NCBI GenBank assembly: GCA_017515595.1 | Contig: JAFWFL010000120.1 | Location: forward strand, 18,069 to 82,068 | Direction of reading: 5' to 3' | Length of the DNA stretch: 64,000 nt | From: Coriobacteriales bacterium | GTDB taxonomy: Bacteria > Actinomycetota > Coriobacteriia > Coriobacteriales > UMGS124 | In this document: piece after piece, positions 19,389 to 28,592 of the stretch | Position numbering within the stretch: the stretch's first letter is position 1 | Layout: every line of letters begins with the position of its first letter | Notes under the pieces: generated by a model | Seen by the model: only the letters and a program-made list of their open reading frames with translations | Databases searched by the model: none | Told to the model about the DNA's origin: nothing | Program-made: the position numbers and the translations under genes

Positions 19389-21602
19389 ATGCATAACAAC
19401 ATGAACGTTGATTCCCATCGCCAGTATACCGGATTTACCCGCAGGACATGCATTGAAATGGCAGGTATTGGTGCGCTTTCTCTCTGGGCGTCAGGCGCTT
19501 TGCATAAGCAGGCTGCATGGGGCAGCTCGCTTTTCTGGAGTAACGCTGAAAAAGCGGTTGTCACTGAAACAAGGCCCTCGTTTGTTGACCCGGCTGACTT
19601 TGCGGCCGAGAAGCCCGTGGCCTTAGTGCCTCCGTATACCATTGCACCCGGTCTTGCGAATGTTATCAATGAGAGCGAGGTTTACGGAAACGTCAAGCGG
19701 CAGCTCCTTGAGATTTTGGGCTTTGCCGTAACGCTTCCCGAGTACGGCGGTGGCGAGGAGTTCTTTGCGACCTATGAGAACAACCGTTACTATTACCGGC
19801 CCAACTTTGTAACGGTTGACTCTATGATGCATACCTACCACCTCTACTTTATGTATCTCATGAAGAACCTCGAGCGCAACGTGCTTTCGCGCGAGCTCGA
19901 GTCTGTGACAATGAGCATGCTCGATGCAACTCAAACTCAGCTTGAGGTCCTGCGCGGGACGGCATGGGAAAATGCCGCAAAAACAAACTTTGCGTTCTTT
20001 AACGTAGGCGCATATCTTTTGGGCTTGCCTTACGTAGTTCCCGCAGAAGTTTCTGATTTGGTATATGCCGAGACAAGCCTCATAGAAGCTCATGCCGGTA
20101 TGACTAATAGCCCGCTTAAGGGCAGCGTAGAAGACTACACGCAATACATTGTGCGCGGCTATTATGAGGGCGATCCCACACTCGAATCATACTTCAAAGC
20201 AATGATGTGGTATGGCCGCATGGGTTTCTCGCCTATGAGCGAAGATGCAACGCGCGCGGCACTTTTGATGACGCTTGCTCTGGAAGAGGGCAGCGTTGCA
20301 ACTTGGGAAAAGATTTACCAGGTAACCGCTTTCTTTGCCGGAGCGAGCGATGACAACGGCTACTATGAGTACCTGCCCCTGGCGCAAAAGGCATACGGTG
20401 AGGGTGTAACCCTCAACGACCTCGTAAATAATACCGGTGCCTGGCAGACGTTCATGAATGATGTCGCAGCGCTTAAGCCGTCACGCATGATTACCTTCAT
20501 GCTTGATGAAGGCGAAGCAACAGAAGCTGTGCCTGAGTTCCGCTTTATGGGACAGCGCTTCTCGTTTGATGCAGCCATTATGCAGCAGCTTGTTGCAAAC
20601 TACGTAGGTCCAAATGCTGAGGGCGAGTACCGCCAGCTGCCAAGCGCGCTTGATGTTGCCGCAGCAATGGGTTCTATTGTTGCAAAGGCCGTGCTTGATG
20701 CCGCAAATATGACCCAGTTTGAGGGCTATGAGGAGCATCTTGCGCGTCTTCAGGCCAAGCTTGAGGAGCTGGATGATTCCGAGTGGGTCTCGAGCCTCTA
20801 CAGCATGTGGCTCCGCACCATCCAGCCGCTGCTTGAGGCTAAGGGAGAGGGTTATCCCATGTTTATGCAGCAAGAAGCATGGTGGCGCAAGAGCCTGCTT
20901 ACCTATATGGGCAGCTATACCGAGCTCAAGCATGACACGGTGCTCTATGCCAAGCAAGTCATGGCGGAGGGCGACGGCGGCATTCCTCCCGCAAAGGATG
21001 ACCGCGGCTACGTAGAGCCCGAGCCGGTAGTATTTAAGCGCCTGGCCGCTCTTTCGCACGCGACCGCCGCGGGTCTTGAAGGTTTTGGTTATCTTGACGA
21101 TAATGACGCCTACAACCTGGGTCTTCTCGAAGAGCTTGCAACCCACTTTGCGGAGATTGCCACAAAAGAGCTTCAAAACGAGCTCCCAACCGAGGAAGAG
21201 TTCGAGATTATTCGCAGCTATGGCCTCCAGCTTGAGCATTTTTGGCAGGAAGTCTACAAGAACGAGCCGGGCGATTACCACACCACACGCAACTTCCCGG
21301 CTGCTGTTATTACCGATATCGCAACCAATGCCCAAACCGGCAACGTTCTCGAAATCGCAACCGGCAGGGTTGCCGAGATAAGCGTTGTTGTCCCGGTAGA
21401 TGGCTCGCTGCGTGTGGCTACCGGTACGGTATACACCTTCTATGAGTTTGAGCAGCCCGGATATGACCGTCTGACCGACAGCGCCTGGCGACAGATGATT
21501 GGCATCGCCGCGGGAGAGGACGGCCGCTACAACCGTGACAACCCCCATGATATAGCCTGGTGGGTACGCGATTTTGCGCTCTACAACTCCGAGATGCAGT
21601 AA
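19389..21602 (+). CDS. Tat-signal secreted protein, DUF3160-like
   Basis: Twin-arginine N-terminus (FTRRTCIEMAGIGALSLWASGA). Conserved stretches such as YTELKHDTVLYAKQ and FRFMGQRFSFDA recall DUF3160. Confidence 0.55.
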   Translation: MHNNMNVDSHRQYTGFTRRTCIEMAGIGALSLWASGALHKQAAWGSSLFWSNAEKAVVTETRPSFVDPADFAAEKPVALVPPYTIAPGLANVINESEVYGNVKRQLLEILGFAVTLPEYGGGEEFFATYENNRYYYRPNFVTVDSMMHTYHLYFMYLMKNLERNVLSRELESVTMSMLDATQTQLEVLRGTAWENAAKTNFAFFNVGAYLLGLPYVVPAEVSDLVYAETSLIEAHAGMTNSPLKGSVEDYTQYIVRGYYEGDPTLESYFKAMMWYGRMGFSPMSEDATRAALLMTLALEEGSVATWEKIYQVTAFFAGASDDNGYYEYLPLAQKAYGEGVTLNDLVNNTGAWQTFMNDVAALKPSRMITFMLDEGEATEAVPEFRFMGQRFSFDAAIMQQLVANYVGPNAEGEYRQLPSALDVAAAMGSIVAKAVLDAANMTQFEGYEEHLARLQAKLEELDDSEWVSSLYSMWLRTIQPLLEAKGEGYPMFMQQEAWWRKSLLTYMGSYTELKHDTVLYAKQVMAEGDGGIPPAKDDRGYVEPEPVVFKRLAALSHATAAGLEGFGYLDDNDAYNLGLLEELATHFAEIATKELQNELPTEEEFEIIRSYGLQLEHFWQEVYKNEPGDYHTTRNFPAAVITDIATNAQTGNVLEIATGRVAEISVVVPVDGSLRVATGTVYTFYEFEQPGYDRLTDSAWRQMIGIAAGEDGRYNRDNPHDIAWWVRDFALYNSEMQ

Positions 21603-21610
21603 GTAAACTC

Positions 21611-23203
21611 ATGATGTTTGGCACGCATACCAAAAGCTTGTTCCTATGGCATAGCCTTTTGGTATGCGTGCTCTTTTTGTGCCTGTTCATAGGATTAACA
21701 GGTGCGCATCAAAGCTACGGTGATGAAGGCGTGGCCGAGATACCCGCATGGTCAACTCCCCAGGAATGGGCTTTGGAATACGATTTTGATGCTGACGGTT
21801 ATACAGAAGCAATAGTACTGCATAACGGCGTCATAACGGTTACTCGCTTTGGTGAGCTTGTTTTTACAAGTGAAGACGAGCCGTGGCGCGTGGATGACTT
21901 TGTATTCGGAGACCTTGACGCAGATGGTTGCCAAGACTTCGCGCTTCTGGTGTGGAAACGCGGAAACCATGGCACATCGCACCCGTTTTGGGAGGAGCAG
22001 GACAAAGAAGACTGGCTCCAGCACATCTTTGTGTATACCTGGCAAGACGGAGGTTTTCGCCAAAAGTGGCTCGGCTCCGAGATTGGCGTTGATGTAGAAG
22101 CAATAACCCTGACAGATGACGCATTGCTTGTGTTGTACGAGAGGCGCGGTGTGGTCTCGACCTGGAGATGGAATGAGTGGGGATTTGAGTTACTCAGCGT
22201 CACAGCAGAAGGCGAGTTCAGTGAAGAGATTGACGAGGATTCCACTCTTCATGATACCGAATCTGTTCAACGCGTATCTATCCTCATAGCAGGAGACAAC
22301 ATCGCACACCGGGGAGTTCTCTCATCAAGCTATGATTATGACAAACACACCTACAACTTTGAACCAGTCTACGAGCACGTAGCCGAGTTTGTCTCGACAT
22401 TTGATTATGCCGGCATAGTGCAAGAAACTCCGCTTACCAGCCATTATGACCTGGTAGCAGGATATCCCAACTTTGCAACGCCCGACAAAATGGCAGACGC
22501 TTTGGTAAACACCGGCTTTGACGCAGTCTTCTGCGCAACAAACCACGTAAATGACCAGGGCCAGCTGGCTCTGGAAGACACTCTTGCGTATTGGGAAACC
22601 CATTATCCCGAGATAGAAGTCCTGGGCATACACAGCACTCCGCAAGATGCTCAAAACATAGATTACGTCGAGATTAAAGGTATTAAACTCGCATTCTTTA
22701 ACTATACCTACGGCCTCAACGGCTATCAACTTCCAAAAGGCCTGGAGTACGAAGTAGACCTCTTAGATGATCTCGATAAACTTCTCAGCGATGTCTCCGA
22801 AGCTACCCAAAACGCCGATGCCGTGGTATGCGTTCTGCACATAGGGGAGGAGTACCAACCAGAACCTTCATCAGAGCAAAAAGCAATAGTTGAGCAGCTC
22901 ATAGACGCCGGAGCCAATATCATAGTCTGCTCCCACTCCCATGTAGTAGGCCCTTACGGTCGAGTAAAAACTCCATCTGGCAATGAAGCTCTCGTCTACT
23001 ACAGCCTCGGCAACTTCATGTCCAATCAAACCGATCCCGCCTGCCAAGAAGGCGCTTTGGCAACCTTCAATTTAGAAAAAACCGTCAACCCCGATGGCAC
23101 CACAGAAACCCGTATATCCTCCTATGATCAAGTGCCAACCATATGTACCTTTGATAATAACTACAACACAAGAGTTTGCCTTAAGGACGAATATTCATCA
23201 TGA
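21611..23203 (+). CDS. CapA-family metallophosphatase-like protein with an N-terminal membrane anchor
   Basis: Start set at the ATG at 21611. A TM helix is followed by ILIAGDNIAH, FCATNHVND, VCVLHIGEEY and IVCSHSHVVGP, which are CapA/PGA_cap-like motifs. Confidence 0.7.
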   Translation: MMFGTHTKSLFLWHSLLVCVLFLCLFIGLTGAHQSYGDEGVAEIPAWSTPQEWALEYDFDADGYTEAIVLHNGVITVTRFGELVFTSEDEPWRVDDFVFGDLDADGCQDFALLVWKRGNHGTSHPFWEEQDKEDWLQHIFVYTWQDGGFRQKWLGSEIGVDVEAITLTDDALLVLYERRGVVSTWRWNEWGFELLSVTAEGEFSEEIDEDSTLHDTESVQRVSILIAGDNIAHRGVLSSSYDYDKHTYNFEPVYEHVAEFVSTFDYAGIVQETPLTSHYDLVAGYPNFATPDKMADALVNTGFDAVFCATNHVNDQGQLALEDTLAYWETHYPEIEVLGIHSTPQDAQNIDYVEIKGIKLAFFNYTYGLNGYQLPKGLEYEVDLLDDLDKLLSDVSEATQNADAVVCVLHIGEEYQPEPSSEQKAIVEQLIDAGANIIVCSHSHVVGPYGRVKTPSGNEALVYYSLGNFMSNQTDPACQEGALATFNLEKTVNPDGTTETRISSYDQVPTICTFDNNYNTRVCLKDEYSS

Positions 23204-23319
23204 GATAGTGCTATTAATCTTATAAATGATATACAAAACAAATCTATCGTTTCCTGATTTAATATGCAATTTGTGTTACTATGTACGTGGTAACAATGGC
23301 AGCAATAAAAGAGGAAGGC

Positions 23320-25356
23320 ATGAGCATGCAAACCATCACCCGCAGATCATTTGTTGGACTTATTGGAGCAACGGCGGTATCAGCTGCGTTAGGCACAGTA
23401 GAAGCTTTTGCATCAGAAAGCCGCCAAGCCAACGCAGCCAGTGATTTTGAGTTTGTGGAAAGTGATGGGTATATTATTATCACAGGTTATGTTGGGCAGG
23501 CAGAAGAAGTTGTGATCCCCAGAAGCATAAATGGCAATTTGGTTATTGCAATATGGGATGAGGCATTTTATAAAAAGACTGCTCTTTTTAGCATAGAGTT
23601 ACCAAAAGGTATGACATACATAGGTGATCGCGCTTTTGCAGGATGTGTTTCTCTTGAGACAGTTGTTTTACCGCAACGTTTGTTCCATATAGGTGAGTCA
23701 GCTTTTGAGGGGTGCACATTTCTTGAAGAGATTGATTTACCCGAAAGTATGACAGAGCTTGGCGATCGCGCATTTGCAAATACATATCTTTCAAGGGCTA
23801 CTATTCCTGACGGTGTAGTCTACGTCGCAGAAAATGCTTTTCCTAAGAACTGTCAGCTCAAGCGTTCAAACGGTTCAGATGTTGTGCTGTATACACCGTT
23901 CTCGGAATTGGTGGTATATAATGGTGGTATAGCAGGTTATAACGGTAATAGTGCTAACTTGAGGATTTATCCTGTAACCGCGGATAATACTGAGATTACA
24001 GCAATACTTAACGGAGCTTTCAAGAATAATAAAACACTTAAAACAATTATTATACCGGAAAACGTACGTAAGATCGGTGCTTCAGCTTTCGAAGGATGTA
24101 CATCTCTTGAAAAGATTAATCTGCCCGGAAAACTTGTGTCTCTTGGTAACCGTGCATTTGCAGGTTCTGGACTCGTTGATATTTCGCTGCCAGGGACTCT
24201 GACCCAACTCGGAGATTATGTTTTTGCGCAAACTAAACTGACCGAAGCAGTTGTTCCCGTAACGGTTGGATATGTGTCAGAAGGCACTTTCCCTGAAGAA
24301 TGCCGAATTATATATTCTGATGGATCAGAAATAGTGTTGTATACACCGTTTTCTCAACTAATACTTAATGGTGATGGTATTGCTGACTATACCGGGAGTA
24401 TTGTTGACTTGAGAATCTATCCTGAAACACCTGATGGAGTGAGTATCACGAAGATTCTCAGCGGAGCTTTTAGGAATAATGATAAATTAAGATCAGTTAT
24501 TCTCCCTCAGGGTTTACGTGAAATCGAAACCTCAGCATTCAAAGGCTGTATATCGCTTAAAGAGATTACACTTCCAAATTCGCTGGGAACAATAGGACGT
24601 TTTGCTTTTGATGGATGCACATCTCTTAATGAGGTAGTTATACCCGATAGTGTCAAAAATATATCTTCCGGTATATTTCCATCAACTTGTAGATTATTAA
24701 GAGCTAATGGCGAAGTGATTGTAATAAAGCTGATACAACCATGTGGCACCGACAGCCAAACAGGTTTGTCAATGATTACATTTGGCCAATACCAGCAAAC
24801 AAACAATAGTTTCGAACTGATTCAGTGGCTTGTTCTTGAAGAACGCGAAGATGGTACAGCACTACTCTTGAGCAAATATGCACTCGATTGCAAGCGTTAT
24901 AATAATAAATATGAAGATACAACATGGGCAGATTGTGGTCTTAGAACTTGGTTGAACAATCAATTCTTAAACTCCGCTTTTAGTGCTGAGGAGCAACAAC
25001 TAATTAAGACAACTCACCTGGAAAATAAGAGCAATCCTGAATATGGCACGAAGGGTGGCGTAGCCACAGATGATCAGGTATTTCTTTTGAGTTATGATGA
25101 GATTAAGAGATACTTTGGCGCTGCTCCCCGTGATACCGAGGAGAAGCTGATTGCTTACCCAACTCAATATGCTAAGAGTCAGGGAGTTAGTACAGATAAC
25201 TCTGGCGCGTGCGTCTGGTGGCTCCGCTCGCCGGGCAGCAGCTCGTCCGACGCGGCGCTCGTCCTCAGCAACGGCTACGTGTACTCCCTCGGCTGGGGCG
25301 TCAACTACTCCGACTACGGCGTCCGTCCCGCTTTGGTTGTGAATCTTAAATCTTAG
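23320..25356 (+). CDS. DGR target protein: Tat-like signal, BspA-type LRRs, DUF6273-like/C-type-lectin-fold C-terminus carrying the VR
   Basis: Start at the ATG at 23320 (AAAGAGGAAGG upstream). The signal is MSMQTITRRSFVGLIGATAVSAALG. LRR units are present as an internal duplication. The C-terminus has IQWLVLEEREDGTALLLSKYALD...TWLN... and then CVWWLRSPG...GVRPALVV, which covers the VR. Confidence 0.9.
   Translation: MSMQTITRRSFVGLIGATAVSAALGTVEAFASESRQANAASDFEFVESDGYIIITGYVGQAEEVVIPRSINGNLVIAIWDEAFYKKTALFSIELPKGMTYIGDRAFAGCVSLETVVLPQRLFHIGESAFEGCTFLEEIDLPESMTELGDRAFANTYLSRATIPDGVVYVAENAFPKNCQLKRSNGSDVVLYTPFSELVVYNGGIAGYNGNSANLRIYPVTADNTEITAILNGAFKNNKTLKTIIIPENVRKIGASAFEGCTSLEKINLPGKLVSLGNRAFAGSGLVDISLPGTLTQLGDYVFAQTKLTEAVVPVTVGYVSEGTFPEECRIIYSDGSEIVLYTPFSQLILNGDGIADYTGSIVDLRIYPETPDGVSITKILSGAFRNNDKLRSVILPQGLREIETSAFKGCISLKEITLPNSLGTIGRFAFDGCTSLNEVVIPDSVKNISSGIFPSTCRLLRANGEVIVIKLIQPCGTDSQTGLSMITFGQYQQTNNSFELIQWLVLEEREDGTALLLSKYALDCKRYNNKYEDTTWADCGLRTWLNNQFLNSAFSAEEQQLIKTTHLENKSNPEYGTKGGVATDDQVFLLSYDEIKRYFGAAPRDTEEKLIAYPTQYAKSQGVSTDNSGACVWWLRSPGSSSSDAALVLSNGYVYSLGWGVNYSDYGVRPALVVNLKS
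25204..25332 (+). other. DGR variable region (VR)
   Basis: This 129 bp aligns without gaps to 26501-26629. There are 17 mismatches, all opposite TR adenines. It is in frame with the target ORF. Confidence 0.95.
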
Positions 25357-25437
25357 ATTTGTGAATCTTGAACAAGTATGGTTTATAACACTTCATATTT
25401 CTAGTAACTGAAATGCATTAGGAGATGTTAAACAAGA

Positions 25438-26073
25438 ATGATTAATAACTTAGTTAACAATGGCCTGAACTTAACTGAATGGATCGAGAACAATAATCAT
25501 TGCCATATTGAAGGTTTTGAGAAAGACCTAATAGGAGAGTTCCTTCTCAGTTCTCCTGCATTAGAAGTTACAGCGCGTTCAAATGGTTTTATAGAAAGAT
25601 TCAAAATAGTTGATTCGGTAGGAGCTGATGTTTTATTCAATCATTTAACGAGAGATATAGATTTGTGCTTAGTATTAGATAGTTCAGAAAAACTCAAAGA
25701 TAAACTAGAGGAGAAAAAACTCCTATATAAACATTTTTGGGAAAAAAGCGAATTCATCTTAATGACGTGTAATGTTCCAAATAATATTGAGAACTATATA
25801 AAAGAGAATTATTGTGTAAAGCATACTGGATTAGCTAAGGAGCGCAATAAAATGGTCCTTACAAGTTATAAAAGGCTCGATGCGCTATTCCGACATATTC
25901 GTAATTCGCTAGCACATGGGTTATACAGCTCTTTTGGTGAAGATGATAATCAAATATGGGTATTTCAAGACCATAACCAGGATCAAAACATATCGGCACG
26001 GTTAGTATTAAAACAGAAAAGAATACACGATTGGATAACTGACTTCTGTAGATTTGAAACTGAAGGTGTTTGA
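25438..26073 (+). CDS. Hypothetical protein with a C-terminal Rx4H (HEPN-like) motif, inserted inside the DGR
   Basis: 211-aa ORF preceded by AGGAG. It contains LFRHIRNSLAHGLY (R-N-x-x-x-H). It is markedly AT-rich; one 60-nt line I counted was 18/60 G+C. Confidence 0.45.
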   Translation: MINNLVNNGLNLTEWIENNNHCHIEGFEKDLIGEFLLSSPALEVTARSNGFIERFKIVDSVGADVLFNHLTRDIDLCLVLDSSEKLKDKLEEKKLLYKHFWEKSEFILMTCNVPNNIENYIKENYCVKHTGLAKERNKMVLTSYKRLDALFRHIRNSLAHGLYSSFGEDDNQIWVFQDHNQDQNISARLVLKQKRIHDWITDFCRFETEGV

Positions 26074-26074
26074 T

Positions 26075-26479
26075 ATGTTTGATGGCTCGTACAACGAGCT
26101 TTCCGTTATTACTCATGCTAAAGAACTCTGCTCATACGTGCTGACGGTTACCCAGAAGTCACCCAAGCACTTTCGCTATACGTTTGTAAGCAGGTTACAG
26201 AACCTTGCACTTGATGTGGTTGAGCAGTTGTTTCGAGCAAATGAGGTGTTTGTTAAAAGGGGAGATGCTCGTGCAGCAGCGAAGCGTATCGAGCACCAGC
26301 GGAATGCCTCGACGAGTTTGAAACTTCTCATCTATATGGCACAAGTTGCTTATGAGCAGGGATGCATCCTTATGAAGCAATATGAACAGATTTCTACGCT
26401 CGGTCTTGATTGCAGGAGGGAACTGGGAGCATGGATTAATTCTGATAAAAAGCGGTTCCACTCCGACGAGGAGATGTAA
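26075..26479 (+). CDS. avd: DGR accessory variability determinant (Avd; four-helix-bundle protein)
   Basis: About 134 aa, starting at the ATG at 26075 (a TTG at 26054 is also possible). The helical sequence SVITHAKELCSYVLTVTQKSPKHFRYTFVSRLQNLALDV...ANEV resembles Avd and the 23S-IVS four-helix-bundle family. It sits immediately 5' of the TR. Confidence 0.8.
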   Translation: MFDGSYNELSVITHAKELCSYVLTVTQKSPKHFRYTFVSRLQNLALDVVEQLFRANEVFVKRGDARAAAKRIEHQRNASTSLKLLIYMAQVAYEQGCILMKQYEQISTLGLDCRRELGAWINSDKKRFHSDEEM

Positions 26480-26500
26480 CTGGGGGATTTGACTGTGACA

Positions 26501-26629
26501 GGCGCGTGCAACTGGTGGCTCCGCTCGCCGGGCAACAGCTCGTCCAACGCGGCGAACGTCAACAGCAACGGCAACGTGAACTCCAACGGCTGGAACGTCA
26601 ACAACTCCAACAACGGCGTCCGTCCCGCT
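26501..26629 (+). ncRNA. DGR template repeat (TR)
   Basis: In the VR reading frame it contains 14 AAC codons and 30 adenines in total. It is identical to the VR except at 17 adenines. It lies between avd and the RT. Confidence 0.95.
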
Positions 26630-26824
26630 CAGCCCTGACGGCCAGAAGCTTAACCCTAAGGAGGGAAGCCCGAGTCCAGGGAGAAGGAGTCAAATTCCTG
26701 CCTTACCGCGTGAGGCAAATAAAAGCCAATGGGAGCGTGTTACGTCACGAGCTTAACACCTGGAGCAGAAAGCACCTGTCCCATTGGCATTTTAACTGAA
26801 CGTCACGGAACAAGGATACTGGGT

Positions 26825-27823
26825 ATGGCGGAGCCATTACCAACATTTAAAGATGTCTATGAGTTCAAAAATCTCTATGATGCTCATATGAAGGCGCGCC
26901 GAGGCAAGCGCAACAGACGCGAGGTCATAGATTTTGAGCTCAATTTAGGGTATAACCTGGCTGAGTTATCGCAATTGCTTAAAGACGGCACATATCATCT
27001 TCAGCCGTATACGCGTTTTGTAGTGACTGATCCAAAGCGCAGAGTAGTACACGCGCTCTGTTACAGAGACCGAGTGATCCAGCATTCTTTGTGTGACAAC
27101 GTTGTTGGAACTATCATTGATCCAAGGCTAATTTATGACAATGCGGCGTGTCGCAAAAATAAAGGTGCTCATTTTGCCCTCAACAGGCTCGAAGGGTTTC
27201 TCGGCAGCTATTATAAAGATTATGGAAACCAGGGGTACTTTTTGAAGTGCGATATCAGACACTACTTCGCGAGTATAAATCATTGTGTGCTTCAAGACAA
27301 ATTGCTAAGATGCCCATTTGATGTTCGCACCAGGGAGTTTTTAGGATCAATAATTAATAGTTACCAAGAGGATCCGAACAAAGGTTTGCCTCTTGGTAAT
27401 CAAACAAGCCAATGGTTTGCGCTCTATTATCTCGACAGTCTCGATAGGCTGATTAAAGAACGTTTACAAATAAAAGGTTATGTACGTTATATGGATGACT
27501 GTATACTTATCCACCACGATAAATATATCCTAACGCAGTGCCTGCGAGCGATGCGATGGCATATAACCGCTCTCGGCTTAGAGTTTAATAATAAAACACA
27601 GATAGCACCATTAAAAAACGGAATAGATTTCTTAGGCTGGCACTTCTATTTGACCAATACCGGTAAGGTAATTCGCAAACTCAGACAGTCAGCCAAGCAC
27701 CGCATCAAGAGAAAACTCAAGCAACTGGAACATGCGGAGCCGCAATATGCGGCTATAGTACGAACAAGCATAAAAGCACACTTAGCTTATGGTAATACCG
27801 GTTGGTTACAGTATGGTTGGTAA
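26825..27823 (+). CDS. DGR reverse transcriptase
   Basis: Start at the ATG at 26825. It has the YMDD catalytic motif and LPLGNQTSQWFALYYL, the [I/L]GxxxSQ motif characteristic of DGR RTs. Its size (332 aa) and its position 3' of the TR also fit. Confidence 0.9.
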   Translation: MAEPLPTFKDVYEFKNLYDAHMKARRGKRNRREVIDFELNLGYNLAELSQLLKDGTYHLQPYTRFVVTDPKRRVVHALCYRDRVIQHSLCDNVVGTIIDPRLIYDNAACRKNKGAHFALNRLEGFLGSYYKDYGNQGYFLKCDIRHYFASINHCVLQDKLLRCPFDVRTREFLGSIINSYQEDPNKGLPLGNQTSQWFALYYLDSLDRLIKERLQIKGYVRYMDDCILIHHDKYILTQCLRAMRWHITALGLEFNNKTQIAPLKNGIDFLGWHFYLTNTGKVIRKLRQSAKHRIKRKLKQLEHAEPQYAAIVRTSIKAHLAYGNTGWLQYGW

Positions 27824-27869
27824 CATGTGGTGTTAGCAGGCGAAATATCCCTGTCAACACCACCTGTTA
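27821..27869. terminator. Hairpin between the convergent RT and Rpn-remnant genes
   Basis: The arms taacatgtggtgtt / aacaccacctgtta form 14 bp with one mismatch. There is no clear T-run. Confidence 0.35.
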
Positions 27870-27901
27870 CCAAAAGGTTGTTGAAGAACAAAAACTACGC
27901 G

Positions 27902-28424
27902 CTATGCGTCGAGCGTGAGATTAAACTCTTTAAGAAGAGTGTTTCGATAAGCCTCATCTGTGGTTACACGGGCGATCTCATCATTGCGACCAAGTGAGAG
28001 TAGCTGATTGATGAGGTTACTCAGAAGGGCAAGCCCTTTTTCACAGCCTTTTTCGAGTCCTTCCTCGAGGCCTTCCGCACGTCCCTCTTTTATACCTTCT
28101 TCTTTGCCAAGCTCGTACTGTTCTCGTTTAATATCTTCAAGGAACATATATTCCTTCTTCCAACGCTGGTTAGAATGTGCTTCTATAACAGCAGCCTCTA
28201 AGCGTTTGGTAAAGTCATCAGAAGGCTTGTTGGTATGAATGTAATCAAGAAAACCATCAAGCTTTGTGTCATCACCAAGACGCGGAGCAGAAGCTGCTAA
28301 AAAGATAGTATGCGTACCATCATAAAGTGTCAAGCTTTTCATATGCTTCATATATGCCTTTAGCTTCAAGCAAAGCACTCTCATTATTATTTTGGAAATC
28401 TTGGTTGGAAACTACATCACTCAT
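27902..28424 (-). pseudogene. Internally deleted, frameshifted copy of an Rpn-family recombination-promoting nuclease/putative transposase
   Basis: The ATG (complement of 28422-28424) gives MSDVVSNQDFQNNNESALLEAKGIYEAYEKLDTL and then a stop. The C-terminal part (LYDGTHTIFLAASAPRLGDD...) continues in another frame and closely matches residues from about 170 onward of the intact copy at 34342-35271. The PD-(D/E)XK core is missing. Confidence 0.8.
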
Positions 28425-28474
28425 ATGCAACTCCTTTGCGCTTAGGGCTAAAACCTGCGCCACTCAACATATAC

Positions 28475-28591
28475 ATTCCTCGCGTGCATATCTTGTTGTG
28501 CATCATCCAACCGACATTATTGTTGGAACAATCATAGGACTAGTTTTAGGTATATGTTCCTATTATCTGGTAAAAGCAGTCATGTCCAAAT
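28475..28591 (+). pseudogene. 3' fragment of a PAP2 phosphatase gene (inverted duplicate of 33483-33600)
   Basis: It encodes RAYLVVHHPTDIIVGTIIGLVLGICSYYLVKAVMSK, against SRAYLVVHHPTDIIVGTIIGIVIGICSYYLVKAVMSK in the intact gene. No N-terminal part is present. Confidence 0.85.
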
Positions 28592-28592
28592 G

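Larger units (their letters stand above)
23320..27869 (+). mobile_element. Diversity-generating retroelement cassette (target with VR, inserted ORF, avd, TR, RT, 3' hairpin)
   Basis: See the component features. All components lie on the + strand. The TR/VR mismatches are exclusively at TR adenines. Confidence 0.9.

Noticed and set aside
20481-21548. 355-aa minus-strand ORF.
   Set aside because: It is antisense to the 737-aa Tat-signal protein gene, which has an RBS, a signal peptide and conserved motifs.
26506-26799. 97-aa ORF (MQLVAPLAGQQLVQRGERQQQRQ...) lying over the region between avd and the RT.
   Set aside because: It overlaps the DGR template repeat in a different frame from the VR-equivalent frame. 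Its low-complexity Q/R composition is a by-product of the AAC-rich TR. This region is expected to act as RNA, not as a protein-coding gene.
26825-27823. The RT could be a retron or group II intron RT, with the 76-bp palindrome at 14.3 kb as a possible msd.
   Set aside because: A cognate TR/VR pair with A-only mismatches, the LGNQTSQ motif and an adjacent Avd gene identify it as a DGR RT. The palindrome is 12 kb away and unrelated in sequence.
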